This document shows positions 29,831 through 41,606 of a stretch of DNA of 64,000 nt, one piece after another (position 1 is the stretch's first letter; the number at the start of each line of letters is the position of its first letter). The position numbers and the translations under genes are program-made. Location of the stretch: NCBI GenBank assembly GCA_900755035.1, contig CAAEEZ010000014.1, positions 16,863 through 80,862 on the forward strand, given 5' to 3'. The stretch is from Clostridia bacterium (GTDB lineage: Bacteria > Bacillota > Clostridia > Christensenellales > CAAEEZ01). The notes beneath the pieces were generated by a model. The model was not told where the DNA came from. It saw only the letters and a program-made list of their open reading frames with translations, and made no database searches.

Positions 29831-32800
29831 ATGTCTCAAAGAGTTCGCGAAGTTAACTATGGCACTACGAAAAGGAAGAGTTTTGCTCGAATTGAAGAAG
29901 TAATCGATATGCCATATCTTATCGAAGTGCAAAAAGATTCTTACGACAAGTTTTTAGCGGAGGGTATTAAAGAAGTTTTGGACGATTATTCGCCTATTAC
30001 CGACTATACCGGCAGACTTGAACTTGCATTTTTGGACCATCGTATCGAGGACAAGCCTAAGTACGATATCAAGGAGTGCAAAAACAAAGACGCAAACTAC
30101 GCTATTCCTTTGAAAGTAAAAGTAAGATTAACTAACAAAGAAACGGGAGAAATGAAAGACGACGAAGTTTTCATGGGCGATATCCCGCTAATGACCAACA
30201 GTGGTTCGTTTATTATCAACGGAGCAGAGCGTGTAGTCGTTAGCCAACTTGTAAGAAGCCCGGGCGTTTATACCGAAAAGGTAAAAGACAAAAACAACGA
30301 CGACCGTTATTTCACCACCGTTATTCCAAACAGAGGCGCTTGGCTTGAATTTGAACAAGACTTCAACGACGTTTCTTGGGTGCACGTAGATAGAACTAGA
30401 AAAATCGCTACGACCGTACTACTTAGAGCGCTTGGCTATGGTAGTAACGAGGCTCTTTTGGACTTGTTTGACAATAACGAGATTATTGCTCAAACCATAA
30501 AGAAAGATACATCTACTAGCGAAGAAGAAGGTAAACTTGAACTTTACAAAAGACTTCGTCCGGGTGAAGTACCTTCAAACGAGGCTTTGGTAAACCTTGT
30601 TCACAACCTATTCTTCGATTCTAAGAGATACAACCTAGAAAGAGTAGGTAGATATAAATTCAATAAAAAACTTGCTTTGTCTAACCGTCTAGTAGGCTTG
30701 ACCGCTTACGAGTGCGTAGTTAGTCCACTAACGGGCGAAGTTTTGGTAGAAAAGGGCGAAGTATTCACGAAAGAAACTGCGCTTAGCGTACAAAACAACG
30801 GAATTAACGTAGTGTACGTAACCAAAAAGGACGGCAATAGATTCAAGATGATAGGTAACAATACGGTTGACCTAGAAGCCCTTGTAGATTGCAACGCAAA
30901 AGAACTTGGCGTACTTGAAAGAGTTTATTATCCAATACTACGTAAAATGATGGACGAAATCGAAGATAAAGACGCTCTGATTATGGCTATCAAAAATAAC
31001 GCAAGCGAACTTGTTTCTAAGCATATTACTACCGACGATATTATCGCTACCATAAACTACAATATCGGTCTTAACGACGGTTTTGGCGTAACGGATAATA
31101 TCGACCACTTGGCAAACCGTCGTGTTCGTTCGGTTGGCGAGCTATTACAAAATCAATTTAGAATCGGTATTTCTAGACTAGAAAAAGTAATTAAAGAAAG
31201 AATGAGCATCGCGCAAGAGCCTGACGAGGTTACTCCGCAAGCGCTAATTAACATTAGACCTGTAACCAGCGCTATTAAAGAGTTCTTTGGTTCTAGCCAA
31301 TTATCGCAATTTATGGACCAACCAAACCCAATAGCAGAACTTACTCACAAGAGAAAACTTTCTGCGTTAGGACCTGGCGGTTTGAATAGAGAAAGAGCAG
31401 GCTTTGAAGTTCGTGATATTCACTACACGCACTACGGCAGAATGTGTCCTATCGAAACCCCAGAAGGACAAAACATCGGTCTTATTACTTCGTTATCTTG
31501 CTTTGCAAGGGTAAACGAATACGGATTTATCGAAACCCCTTATCGTAAGGTAGACAAAACTACGGGCGTAGTAACTAGACAAGTAGACTACTTGCCAGCC
31601 GACGTAGAGGACGAAATGATTGTAGCGCAAGCAAGCGAACCGCTTGACGACAATAATCGTTTTGTAAACTCTCGTGTTACTTGCCGTTACATAGAGGAAA
31701 TTAGGGAATTCCCAAGGGAAAAAGTAGACTATATGGACATATCGCCAAAGCAATTAGTTTCAGTTGCAACCGCACTTATCCCATTCCTTGAAAACGACGA
31801 TACGAACAGAGCGCTGATGGGCTCTAACATGCAACGTCAAGCAGTTCCTCTAATCAAAACCGAGGCACCTATCGTTGCAACGGGTATGGAGCATAAAATT
31901 GCTTACGATAGCGGTGTATGTATCATTGCTAAAAACAGCGGTGTATGCTCGTACGTAAGCGCAGATAAAATCGTGGTTACAACGGACGACGGCAAAGAGG
32001 ACTTCTATTCTTTGCGTAAGTTTGTAAGAAGTAACCAATGTACTTGTATAAATCAACGTCCTATCGTAGAAAAGGGACAAAGAATAATAAAGGGTATGGT
32101 TCTTGCCGATGGTCCTGCTTGTGATAACGGAGAACTTGCACTTGGTAAAAATATGCTTATCGGCTTTATGTGCTGGGAAGGATACAACTTCGAGGACGCA
32201 GTTCTTATTAGCGAAGACCTTGTAAAAGACGACGTATTTACTTCTATCCATATCGAAGAGCACGAGATTGAAGCGAGAGATACTAAACTTGGCGAGGAAA
32301 AAATCACGAGAGATATACCAAACCTTGGCGAAGACGCACTTAAAAACTTGAACGAAGACGGTATCGTTAGAATCGGTGCAGAGGTACACGCAGGCGACAT
32401 CTTAGTAGGTAAGGTATCACCTAAGGGCGAAACCGAGCTTACCCCAGAAGAAAGACTATTAAGGGCAATATTCGGCGAGAAAGCAAGAGAAGTTAGGGAT
32501 ACTTCGCTAAGAGTTCCTCACGGCGAAAGCGGTATCGTAGTAGACGTAAAAGAGTTTACTAGAAAGAATAAAGACGAGCTTGCTCCTGGCGTAAACAGAC
32601 TAATAAGGGTTTACGTAGCGCAAAAGAGAAAGATATCCGTTGGTGATAAGATGGCAGGTAGACACGGTAACAAGGGTGTCGTATCAAGAGTTCTTCCAAG
32701 AGAAGATATGCCGTTTATGGCTGACGGTACTCCATTACAAATCGTTCTAAACCCACTAGGCGTTCCTTCTCGTATGAACATAGGACAAGTACTAGAAGTT

Positions 32801-33676
32801 CACCTTGGCTTAGTTGCTAAAATGCTTGATTGGAAAGTTGCTACTCCTGTATTCGACGGCGCAGAAGAAGAGGACATCAAGGAATTGTTCGAGCAAAACG
32901 GTATGGAGAGTGACGGTAAAATTCAACTTTACGACGGAAGAACGGGTAAACCGTTTGAAAATAGGGTAACCGTTGGATATATGTACTATTTGAAACTACA
33001 TCACCTAGTTGACGATAAGATTCACGCAAGAAGTACTGGTCCTTACTCTCTAGTAACGCAACAACCACTAGGCGGTAAAGCGCAATTCGGTGGACAAAGG
33101 TTTGGTGAGATGGAAGTTTGGGCGCTAGAAGCGTACGGCGCAGCAAATATCCTACAAGAAATCCTAACCGTAAAATCCGACGACGTTGTAGGTAGGGTAA
33201 AAACGTACGAATCTATCGTAAAAGGCACGAATATATCCGAGCCGGGCGTTCCTGAATCGTTTAAGGTGCTTGTAAAAGAGTTTAACAGCTTAGCGCTTGA
33301 TATAAAAGTTATCAACGAGAACCACGAAGAAGTTGATATTAAAGAGTTTATCGAGGACGAAAGAGACGTTAAACCTATGAATAAGAAAGAGCAAGAGAAG
33401 AAGGAAATCAGCTTGTTCGACGATGGTATGAACGTATTCGGTGACTTTGATAGCGACATCAAGACGTTCGATACTACCGAGGACGAGGACGACGATATGA
33501 TTAACTTGTTCGCAGACTTCAACGAGAACACCGATTTAGATAAGATAGATATGTTCAAAGAGGAAGAAGAAGCAATCGACGACGAGGGCTTGGATTTCGG
33601 CGAAGACGACGATGACGAGGAAATTTTCGATGAAGAAATCGTTTTTGACGAAAATGAAAACGACGACAGGGACTAG
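29831..33676 (+). CDS. rpoB: DNA-directed RNA polymerase subunit beta, with extended polyacidic C-terminal tail
   Basis: The RpoB sequence is unmistakable ([62 protein letters not shown]). Confidence 0.97.
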   Translation: MSQRVREVNYGTTKRKSFARIEEVIDMPYLIEVQKDSYDKFLAEGIKEVLDDYSPITDYTGRLELAFLDHRIEDKPKYDIKECKNKDANYAIPLKVKVRLTNKETGEMKDDEVFMGDIPLMTNSGSFIINGAERVVVSQLVRSPGVYTEKVKDKNNDDRYFTTVIPNRGAWLEFEQDFNDVSWVHVDRTRKIATTVLLRALGYGSNEALLDLFDNNEIIAQTIKKDTSTSEEEGKLELYKRLRPGEVPSNEALVNLVHNLFFDSKRYNLERVGRYKFNKKLALSNRLVGLTAYECVVSPLTGEVLVEKGEVFTKETALSVQNNGINVVYVTKKDGNRFKMIGNNTVDLEALVDCNAKELGVLERVYYPILRKMMDEIEDKDALIMAIKNNASELVSKHITTDDIIATINYNIGLNDGFGVTDNIDHLANRRVRSVGELLQNQFRIGISRLEKVIKERMSIAQEPDEVTPQALINIRPVTSAIKEFFGSSQLSQFMDQPNPIAELTHKRKLSALGPGGLNRERAGFEVRDIHYTHYGRMCPIETPEGQNIGLITSLSCFARVNEYGFIETPYRKVDKTTGVVTRQVDYLPADVEDEMIVAQASEPLDDNNRFVNSRVTCRYIEEIREFPREKVDYMDISPKQLVSVATALIPFLENDDTNRALMGSNMQRQAVPLIKTEAPIVATGMEHKIAYDSGVCIIAKNSGVCSYVSADKIVVTTDDGKEDFYSLRKFVRSNQCTCINQRPIVEKGQRIIKGMVLADGPACDNGELALGKNMLIGFMCWEGYNFEDAVLISEDLVKDDVFTSIHIEEHEIEARDTKLGEEKITRDIPNLGEDALKNLNEDGIVRIGAEVHAGDILVGKVSPKGETELTPEERLLRAIFGEKAREVRDTSLRVPHGESGIVVDVKEFTRKNKDELAPGVNRLIRVYVAQKRKISVGDKMAGRHGNKGVVSRVLPREDMPFMADGTPLQIVLNPLGVPSRMNIGQVLEVHLGLVAKMLDWKVATPVFDGAEEEDIKELFEQNGMESDGKIQLYDGRTGKPFENRVTVGYMYYLKLHHLVDDKIHARSTGPYSLVTQQPLGGKAQFGGQRFGEMEVWALEAYGAANILQEILTVKSDDVVGRVKTYESIVKGTNISEPGVPESFKVLVKEFNSLALDIKVINENHEEVDIKEFIEDERDVKPMNKKEQEKKEISLFDDGMNVFGDFDSDIKTFDTTEDEDDDMINLFADFNENTDLDKIDMFKEEEEAIDDEGLDFGEDDDDEEIFDEEIVFDENENDDRD

Positions 33677-33686
33677 GAGGATATAA

Positions 33687-36600
33687 ATGTTTGAATTAAA
33701 TGATTTTGACTCAATACAAATTAGTTTAGCATCTCCTGAAAAAATCAGGGGTTGGTCGCACGGCGAAGTATTAAAGCCAGAAACTATCAACTACAGAACC
33801 AGCAAGCCCGAGCCGGACGGCTTGTTCTGTGAAAGGATTTTCGGACCTGTACACGACTACGAGTGCCATTGCGGAAAATATAAAAGGGTTCGTCACGAAG
33901 GCGTTACTTGTGATAAATGTGGCGTTGACGTAACTACTTCTAAGGTTCGTCGTGAAAGAATGGGACATATCGAACTTGCTGCACCCGTTGCGCATATTTG
34001 GTATTTTAGAGGCGTTCCTTCAAGAATTAGTTTGCTACTTAATATGCAACCAAAAGAGCTAGAACAAGTAGTTTACTTTGCTGCATACGTAGTGCTTGAC
34101 CCAGGTAACACCGACGAAACGGGACTAGTAAAAAAACAAGTAATTACCGATAGAGAATACTACGATTTGGTAGATAAAATCGGTGAAGGCAAGTTTAGAG
34201 CAGAGATGGGCGCAGAGGCTATTAAAGAGTTACTTCAAGAGATAGACCTTGAAAGCGAAAGCAAAATGCTAAAAGAGGTAGTAAACAAATCTACCGGTCA
34301 AAAGAGAATACACACAGTTAAAAGACTTGAAATCGTAGAGGCTTTTAGAATAAGTGGAAATAAACCTGAGTGGATGGTACTAGACGTTTTGCCTGTACTT
34401 CCTCCTGATTTAAGACCTATGGTGCCACTAGACGGTGGAAGATACGCAACAAGCGACCTTAACGACTTGTATCGTAGAATAATCAACCGTAACAATCGTT
34501 TGAAAGATATGTTGCAAAGAAATACCCCTGCAATCATTATTCGTAACGAGAAGAGAATGTTGCAAGAGGCTGTTGACGCACTTATCGATAACGGTCGTCG
34601 TGGAAAGGCAGTATCAGGTCCTGGCAATAGGGAATTAAAATCACTAAGCGGTATGCTTCGTGGTAAGCAAGGTCGTTTTAGACAAAACCTATTAGGTAAA
34701 CGTGTAGACTATTCTGGTCGTTCGGTTATCGTTGTAGGTCCTGAACTAAAAATGTATCAATGCGGTTTGCCAAAGGATATGGCAAAAGAATTGTTCAAGC
34801 CGTTCATTATGCGTATTTTGAAGGAAAGAGAAATATGCAGGAATATTAAGAGCGCAAGAAGATACGTAGACCAAGGTAAGCCTCAAATTTGGGATATTCT
34901 TGACGAGGTAATTAAGGACCATCCCGTACTATTAAACAGAGCACCAACCTTGCACAGACTAGGTATCCAAGCATTCGAGCCGGTGTTAGTAGAGGGTAAC
35001 GCAATTAAACTTCACCCACTAGCATGTTCAGCGTTTAACGCAGACTTCGACGGAGACCAAATGGCAGTTCACTTGCCACTATCTATCGAGGCTCAAACCG
35101 AAGCAAGAATGTTGATGCTTTCAACGAATAACATTTTGAAATTGTCCGACGGACGTCCTATCGTGTCGCCAACGCAGGATATGGTACTTGGCGCATACTA
35201 TCTAACTATTCAAAAGGACGGTGATAAGGGCGAAGGCAAAGTATTTAAGGACGCTAACGAGGCTATGATGGCTTACGAGGACGGCGACATTACTTTGCAA
35301 TCAAAGATAAAAGTAAGAGTTACCAAAGAAATCGATGGTAAAACTTATTCAAAAATAGTGAATACTTCGCTTGGAAGAATTATTTTCAACGAGGCCATTC
35401 CGCAAGATATCGGTTTTGCAAAAAGAAATACGCCAGAGGATGAACTTGACTTTGAAATCGACTTCTTGGTAGGCAAAAAACAACTATCTCAAATCGTTGA
35501 CCACTGCTTCGAGTGCCACGGTGCACACGATACCGCTATGGTACTAGACGAAATTAAACGTCTTGGATATAAGTACTCAACTATCGGTGCTTTGACCACT
35601 AGCGTATTCGATATGACGATACCGGAGAAGAAGAAAGAGTATATCGAAGAGGCAGAGGAAAAAATCGTTAAGATAGAAAAACAAGCAAAGAGAGGACTTC
35701 TAAGTGAAGAAGACCGTTACAATCAAACTATCAAAGTTTGGAGAGAAACTGCAAGCGAAGTAGAGGAAGCGTTAAAGGGCGCACTAGATAAGTTTAACCC
35801 TATCATGATGATGGCTGACTCAGGAGCCCGTGGTAGCATGAGCCAAATTAGGCAATTAAGTGGTATGCGTGGCTTGATGAGTGACCCAACGGGTAGAATC
35901 ATCGAACTTCCTGTTAAATCTAACTTCCGTGAAGGCTTGACGGTGCTAGAATACTTCATTTCTTCTCACGGTGGACGTAAAGGTCTTGCCGATACTGCAT
36001 TAAAGACGGCAGAATCAGGTTACTTAACCAGAAGACTTGTAGACGTTTCGCACAACGTAATAGTAGTCGAGGACGACTGTGGTGATACCCGTGGCGTAAC
36101 CATTACCCCTATTATGAGTGGCAAAAACGTTATCGAACCGCTTAAAGATAGAATTGCAGGTAGATATACTATCGAAGATATATTCCATCCTGAAACGGGC
36201 GAACTTATCGTTAAGAAGGATACTATGCTTTCTAACGAACAAGCCGAGGCTATTGAAAAGGCAGGCATTACCTCCGTTAGAATTAGAAGCACGCTTACTT
36301 GTAAAACTAGAAACGGCGTATGTTCTAAGTGTTACGGTAAGGATATGTCGTCTAACAATCCTGTTCGTAGGGGCGAGGCAGTTGGTATTATCGCAGCGCA
36401 ATCAATTGGTGAACCAGGTACTCAGCTTACGATGAGAACCTTCCATACCGGTGGTATCGCAACGAGTGACGATATTACGCAAGGTCTACCACGTGTCGAA
36501 GAATTGTTCGAAGCAAGAAACCCTAAAGGTATGGCTATCATTGCTGAAAAGGGTGGTAAATGCGAAGTTTACGTTCAAAACGACAAGAAAGAAAAGAATT

Positions 36601-37283
36601 TTGGCAAAACTATCGTTAAGGTAATAAACGGCGACGACGTAACGGAGTATGCATTACCTATCGGCGCAAAGGTAAAAGTTGCAACGGGCGACGAAATTGA
36701 AGCAGGTACTGCTTTGATGCAAGGTTCAATAAACCCTCAAGATATGCTAAGAGCAAGAGGCGTTAAGGGCGTACAAGATTACATTACCAAAGAAGTTCAA
36801 TCCGCATATAGAACTGCCGGCGTAGAAATTAACGACAAACACATCGAAATTATCGTTAGACAAATGCTACGTAAGGTAAGAATCGAAACGCAAGGTGATA
36901 CTAATATGTTGCCAGGTACTTTGGTTGATATTTTTGATTATGAAGACGAGCAATCGAGAGTACTTGAAAACGGTGGTGTACCAGCAAGCGCAAAGAGAAC
37001 GTTACAAGGTATTACCAAGACGGCTCTTGCAACCGATTCGTTCTTATCTGCTGCATCATTCCAAGAAACTGCAAAGGTTCTAACCGACGCTGCTATTAAG
37101 AATAAGGTAGACCCACTACTTGGATTAAAGGAAAACGTAATTATAGGTAAGTTGATTCCGGCTGGTACGGGTAACAAATATTACAAACATTTCGTAGCGG
37201 GGGAAGTAAGAGAGCAACCTACCGTTACCGTGGATAACATATTGTCCGATATCGACGAGTTCGATTACGACGACGAGATTTAA
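33687..37283 (+). CDS. rpoC: DNA-directed RNA polymerase subunit beta'
   Basis: It has the zinc finger CHCGKYK...CDKCG, the catalytic NADFDGDQM motif, and bridge helix and trigger loop regions. Confidence 0.97.
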   Translation: MFELNDFDSIQISLASPEKIRGWSHGEVLKPETINYRTSKPEPDGLFCERIFGPVHDYECHCGKYKRVRHEGVTCDKCGVDVTTSKVRRERMGHIELAAPVAHIWYFRGVPSRISLLLNMQPKELEQVVYFAAYVVLDPGNTDETGLVKKQVITDREYYDLVDKIGEGKFRAEMGAEAIKELLQEIDLESESKMLKEVVNKSTGQKRIHTVKRLEIVEAFRISGNKPEWMVLDVLPVLPPDLRPMVPLDGGRYATSDLNDLYRRIINRNNRLKDMLQRNTPAIIIRNEKRMLQEAVDALIDNGRRGKAVSGPGNRELKSLSGMLRGKQGRFRQNLLGKRVDYSGRSVIVVGPELKMYQCGLPKDMAKELFKPFIMRILKEREICRNIKSARRYVDQGKPQIWDILDEVIKDHPVLLNRAPTLHRLGIQAFEPVLVEGNAIKLHPLACSAFNADFDGDQMAVHLPLSIEAQTEARMLMLSTNNILKLSDGRPIVSPTQDMVLGAYYLTIQKDGDKGEGKVFKDANEAMMAYEDGDITLQSKIKVRVTKEIDGKTYSKIVNTSLGRIIFNEAIPQDIGFAKRNTPEDELDFEIDFLVGKKQLSQIVDHCFECHGAHDTAMVLDEIKRLGYKYSTIGALTTSVFDMTIPEKKKEYIEEAEEKIVKIEKQAKRGLLSEEDRYNQTIKVWRETASEVEEALKGALDKFNPIMMMADSGARGSMSQIRQLSGMRGLMSDPTGRIIELPVKSNFREGLTVLEYFISSHGGRKGLADTALKTAESGYLTRRLVDVSHNVIVVEDDCGDTRGVTITPIMSGKNVIEPLKDRIAGRYTIEDIFHPETGELIVKKDTMLSNEQAEAIEKAGITSVRIRSTLTCKTRNGVCSKCYGKDMSSNNPVRRGEAVGIIAAQSIGEPGTQLTMRTFHTGGIATSDDITQGLPRVEELFEARNPKGMAIIAEKGGKCEVYVQNDKKEKNFGKTIVKVINGDDVTEYALPIGAKVKVATGDEIEAGTALMQGSINPQDMLRARGVKGVQDYITKEVQSAYRTAGVEINDKHIEIIVRQMLRKVRIETQGDTNMLPGTLVDIFDYEDEQSRVLENGGVPASAKRTLQGITKTALATDSFLSAASFQETAKVLTDAAIKNKVDPLLGLKENVIIGKLIPAGTGNKYYKHFVAGEVREQPTVTVDNILSDIDEFDYDDEI

Positions 37284-37292
37284 GGAGAAGAA

Positions 37293-38468
37293 ATGAGATT
37301 ATTTACATCTGAAAGCGTAACTGAGGGACATCCGGATAAGGTTTGTGACAAAATAGCCGATAGCATTCTTGACGCTATTTTGGAACAAGACAATAAAGCG
37401 CACGTAGCGTGTGAAGTATGCACAACTACAGGTTTGGTTATGCTACTTGGTGAAATAAGCGGGAAATTCCATATTGATTATCAAGACATAGTAAGAAATA
37501 CCATAAAAGAGATTGGATACGTTGACGGCGATATTGGTTTCGACTACAAAAGTTGTGGTATTATCAACTCGCTTCATAAACAATCTGTGGATATTGCGCT
37601 AGGCGTAGATAACGCTAGCGAGCATAGAGAGGGTGGTCAAGAACTTGACTTAATAGGAGCAGGCGACCAAGGTATGATGTTTGGTTACGCATCGAACGAA
37701 ACCGAGGAATATATGCCTCTTGCAATCACTCTTGCTCACAAACTAACTATGCAACTTACGAAAGTAAGAAAAGACGGTGTAATGCCAGAGCTTAGACCCG
37801 ACGGAAAAGCGCAAGTTACCGTTCAATACGGGGACGACGGAAAGGCTGAAAGAGTACATACGATAGTCGTTTCAACTCATCACGACGCTAACGTTGATAT
37901 GGATACTTTGCGTGAAAAAATTATCGACAAGGTAATTAAGGCGGTAATTCCAAGTGAACTACTAGACGAAAACACGTTGATTTACGTAAACCCTACGGGT
38001 AGATTCGTTATCGGCGGACCAAACGGCGATGCAGGCGTAACGGGTAGAAAAATTATCGTGGATACCTACGGTGGATATTCTGCTCACGGCGGTGGCGCAC
38101 TAAGTGGTAAAGACCCTACGAAAGTGGATAGAAGCGCAATGTATATGGCAAGATACGTATGCAAAAACTTAGTTGCAAGTGGTATTTGCCAAAAGGTACA
38201 ATTACAAGTTGCTTACGCCATAGGTAGATCGCACCCTGTATCCGTAAACGTAAATACGTACGGTACGGGCAAAGTTAGCGACGAGACTATTTGCGATATA
38301 GTAAATAAGTTGTTCGATTTGCGTCCTGCCGCTATTATCAAAAAACTTAAACTAGATAGACCTATCTACGCAGAAACTTCTAACTACGGACATTTCGGTA
38401 GAAAAGGTTTTACCTGGGAAGAGTTAGATATGGTAGACAGCATCAAAAAGGAATATCAAAATATTTAA
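37293..38468 (+). CDS. metK: S-adenosylmethionine synthase
   Basis: Motifs [25 protein letters not shown] and [16 protein letters not shown] are present. It starts 9 nt after the rpoC stop, with no leader. Confidence 0.97.
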   Translation: MRLFTSESVTEGHPDKVCDKIADSILDAILEQDNKAHVACEVCTTTGLVMLLGEISGKFHIDYQDIVRNTIKEIGYVDGDIGFDYKSCGIINSLHKQSVDIALGVDNASEHREGGQELDLIGAGDQGMMFGYASNETEEYMPLAITLAHKLTMQLTKVRKDGVMPELRPDGKAQVTVQYGDDGKAERVHTIVVSTHHDANVDMDTLREKIIDKVIKAVIPSELLDENTLIYVNPTGRFVIGGPNGDAGVTGRKIIVDTYGGYSAHGGGALSGKDPTKVDRSAMYMARYVCKNLVASGICQKVQLQVAYAIGRSHPVSVNVNTYGTGKVSDETICDIVNKLFDLRPAAIIKKLKLDRPIYAETSNYGHFGRKGFTWEELDMVDSIKKEYQNI

Positions 38469-38480
38469 TCGAAGGTGTAT

Positions 38481-40700
38481 ATGACTATTCAAGGTTGCGT
38501 TGAACAAATAATATTTTGTAACGAAACGAATAATTATATGGTAGTAGATTTGTCTTGCAGCGGTGAACTTATCACCGCTGTAGGTATATTTCCAACTATT
38601 CAAGTTGGCGAAACGCTAATGCTAGAAGGGGAATATCAAGTAAATCCCCGTTTTGGCGAGCAATTTAAGGTGTCTAACGTAAAGTTTGTAGCCCCCACGA
38701 CCAAAGAGGACGTGGTGGCTTTTTTGTCTAGTGGACTTATTAAGGGGCTTGGCAAAAACAAAGCAAAAAGTATAGTTGACGTCTTTGGCGAAAAAACGCT
38801 AGATATAATAGAAACTACACCTATTAGACTAACTGAGATTAGAGGAATAGGCAAAAAAACCGCTATGGAAATAGCCGATTCCTACCAAGAAAATAAACAA
38901 ATGAAAGATACTATAATGTATCTTCAAAAGTACGATATAACTACGAATTTATCTATAAAAATATACAAAGCGTACAAGGGAAAAGTACAACGAGTATTAG
39001 AGGAAAATCCTTATAAACTTATCGACGATATAGACGGCGTTGGTTTTGTAATTGCCGATAGAATTGCTATGAGTATGGGCGTAAATTACGACAGCGTTCT
39101 AAGGATAAGGGCGGGGATAAACTACGTACTTACCGAAAAATGCACTCAAAGTGGAAATACTTGTTTACCTAAGGGCGAAACGATAAATGCAGTTATGGAA
39201 ACTTTGAAAATTTACGAGGAAAATAAGATTACCGAAGTTTTGGACACGATGACTATTACGGGCGAAATAAAGGAAACCGTGATAGAGGAAAAAACTTTCG
39301 TAAGTAAAAATATATACTATTACAGCGAACTTGGTATCGCTGAAAAAATGATAGCGCTATTTAACGGTGCAAGCGAAATACATATAAACTTAGAAGCCGA
39401 TATAAGCGAATTTGAGTTTGTAAACGGCATTAAACTACACGATGCGCAGAAAAAAGCAGTTGAAAACGCCGTGCAAAACGGAATAGAAATTATAACGGGT
39501 GGACCAGGAACGGGTAAAACCACCATTATAAAGGCAATACTATCTATTCTAAAAAGCAAAGGGCAAAAGGTGGCGCTTGCAGCCCCTACGGGAAGGGCAA
39601 GTAAAAGACTACAAGAGGCAACGGGCGAAAATGCAAAAACGTTGCATAGACTACTTGGCATAAATCCAAGTAGCGACGGCGGTGCGTTCTTGTATAACGA
39701 AAGAAATAAGTTGCCGTACGATACCGTGATTATCGACGAGATAAGTATGGTGGACGTAATACTATTTAACTCCTTCTTAAAGGCGTTAGAAGTGGGTACT
39801 AGACTTATATTAGTAGGCGATAAGGACCAACTGCCTAGCGTAAGTCCCGGTAACGTGTTGAAGGATTTAATAAGTAGCAAAATATTCTCGGTAGATATGC
39901 TAACGCAAATTTACAGGCAGGACGAGGACAGCCTAATCATTACTAACGCCCACAGGATAAATACGGGTGAAATGCCTATAATTACGGGCAAAGCCAAGGA
40001 CTTTTTCTTTGAAGAACACCTATCTAGCGAGGACAACTTACAAACAGTATTAGACCTGTGCTACAAAAGACTACCAGGATATACGAAGGTAAGCCCAAAA
40101 GAAATACAAGTGCTTGCCCCTATAAAGCGTGGCGTGGACGGAGTGAATAATCTAAACGTGGAGTTGCAAAAACTACTTAATCCGCCTAGCGATAGAAAGA
40201 GAGAATTGCACCACGGCTCTACTATATTTAGAGAGGGCGACAAGGTAATGCAAACCGTAAATAACTACGACTTAGAGTGGACGGGTGAAACGGACGGTGT
40301 GGGCGTATTTAACGGAGATATGGGCGAAATTCGAAGGATAAACACCTCGGATAAAACGATCGAAGTGGAGTTTGAAGACGGAAGGAGAGCCGTTTATTCG
40401 GACGGAGAGTTTGACCAACTTATTCTAAGTTACGCCATAAGCATACACAAAAGTCAGGGTAGCGAGTTCGACGTATTAGTTATTTGTATAAGTAGCGGTG
40501 GCTACATAATGCTGAATAGAAATTTGCTATATACGGCGGTAACTAGGGCAAAAAAAACCGTGATAATAGTCGGCAGTAAAAAACATTTATACCATATGGT
40601 AAAAAACGACGAAGTAACTACAAGATACAGTCTACTAAGATATTTGCTTACTCAAACTATGAATGCGGGAAGGACGATAGGATATTATGACGGATTTTAA
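38481..40700 (+). CDS. recD2: SF1B ATP-dependent RecD-like DNA helicase (RecD2)
   Basis: It has Walker A (GGPGTGKTT) and Walker B (IIDEISMVD) motifs, a helix-hairpin-helix N-terminal region, and SIHKSQGSEF in the C-terminal motif. The start could alternatively be GTG 38475. Confidence 0.85.
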   Translation: MTIQGCVEQIIFCNETNNYMVVDLSCSGELITAVGIFPTIQVGETLMLEGEYQVNPRFGEQFKVSNVKFVAPTTKEDVVAFLSSGLIKGLGKNKAKSIVDVFGEKTLDIIETTPIRLTEIRGIGKKTAMEIADSYQENKQMKDTIMYLQKYDITTNLSIKIYKAYKGKVQRVLEENPYKLIDDIDGVGFVIADRIAMSMGVNYDSVLRIRAGINYVLTEKCTQSGNTCLPKGETINAVMETLKIYEENKITEVLDTMTITGEIKETVIEEKTFVSKNIYYYSELGIAEKMIALFNGASEIHINLEADISEFEFVNGIKLHDAQKKAVENAVQNGIEIITGGPGTGKTTIIKAILSILKSKGQKVALAAPTGRASKRLQEATGENAKTLHRLLGINPSSDGGAFLYNERNKLPYDTVIIDEISMVDVILFNSFLKALEVGTRLILVGDKDQLPSVSPGNVLKDLISSKIFSVDMLTQIYRQDEDSLIITNAHRINTGEMPIITGKAKDFFFEEHLSSEDNLQTVLDLCYKRLPGYTKVSPKEIQVLAPIKRGVDGVNNLNVELQKLLNPPSDRKRELHHGSTIFREGDKVMQTVNNYDLEWTGETDGVGVFNGDMGEIRRINTSDKTIEVEFEDGRRAVYSDGEFDQLILSYAISIHKSQGSEFDVLVICISSGGYIMLNRNLLYTAVTRAKKTVIIVGSKKHLYHMVKNDEVTTRYSLLRYLLTQTMNAGRTIGYYDGF

Positions 40701-41493
40701 GGGTAAGATGCTAAATTTTAGGTACGACCTAGCAAGAAAAAGCAACAAGCTAAGGGAGAAAGCCGAGAAAAATAAGGCGATTAAATGCACGTTAAACGGA
40801 ATTTTCCCCGAAGATATTACGTGTAATTATTGTGGAAAAGAACTTAGTAAGAAAAGTCGTAGTGGATTATGCGACGAGTGCTTGCAAAAGTTAAGGAAAA
40901 ACGACGGCAGAATTTGCGTAACTTGTGGTAGACCGTTCGATAGCGAAACGGACTATTGCTTAGGTTGTCAAAACAACGAGCGATTTTTCGAATTTTGTAG
41001 GTCGCCACTAGTGTACGAAGGGATAGCAAAGGAGTTAATGCACGCTTTTAAGTTTAGCGGGAAGCGTTATCTTGCAAAATACTTCGTTAGTTTTATGATA
41101 GATACCTATCTAGATAATCCTTTTAATTGCGACGTCGTTATCGCAGTGCCTATTTCAAAACGCAAGTATTTGGAGCGTGGATATAATCAAAGTGAACTGC
41201 TTGCAAAGGAATTAGCAAATAGATTGAATATCGAGTACGACGATAGTCTACTTGAAAAGATTAAGGATACTAAAAATCAGGTTGGATTAGGTAAAAAGGA
41301 AAGAATAGAAAATTTGCGAGGTGCGTTTCTTGCCTCAAAAGAGGTAAAGGGCAAAACCGTGCTACTAATAGACGACGTACTTACTACGGGTAGCACCGTA
41401 AACGAGTGTAGCAAAGAACTAATGAAAAAGGGCGCTAATAGCGTGCAAGTTATAACGGCTACGTCGGTAGAAGAAAAATATTATATGGTGTAG
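40687..41493 (+). CDS. comFC: ComF family protein (ComFC-type, phosphoribosyltransferase domain with N-terminal double zinc ribbon)
   Basis: It has CNYCG...CDEC...CVTCG...CLGC zinc knuckles plus the PRTase motif VLLIDDVLTTGST. It overlaps the end of recD2 by 14 nt. Confidence 0.8.
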   Translation: MTDFKGKMLNFRYDLARKSNKLREKAEKNKAIKCTLNGIFPEDITCNYCGKELSKKSRSGLCDECLQKLRKNDGRICVTCGRPFDSETDYCLGCQNNERFFEFCRSPLVYEGIAKELMHAFKFSGKRYLAKYFVSFMIDTYLDNPFNCDVVIAVPISKRKYLERGYNQSELLAKELANRLNIEYDDSLLEKIKDTKNQVGLGKKERIENLRGAFLASKEVKGKTVLLIDDVLTTGSTVNECSKELMKKGANSVQVITATSVEEKYYMV

Positions 41494-41606
41494 TTTTTAC
41501 AAAATACGCCGTTTATCGTAGATAATATTAAATATATATGTATATATATTGTGTTTACACTTTTTTGCTTTTAGTGTAGAATAGAAGTAGCATTATAGGA
41601 GAAGAT

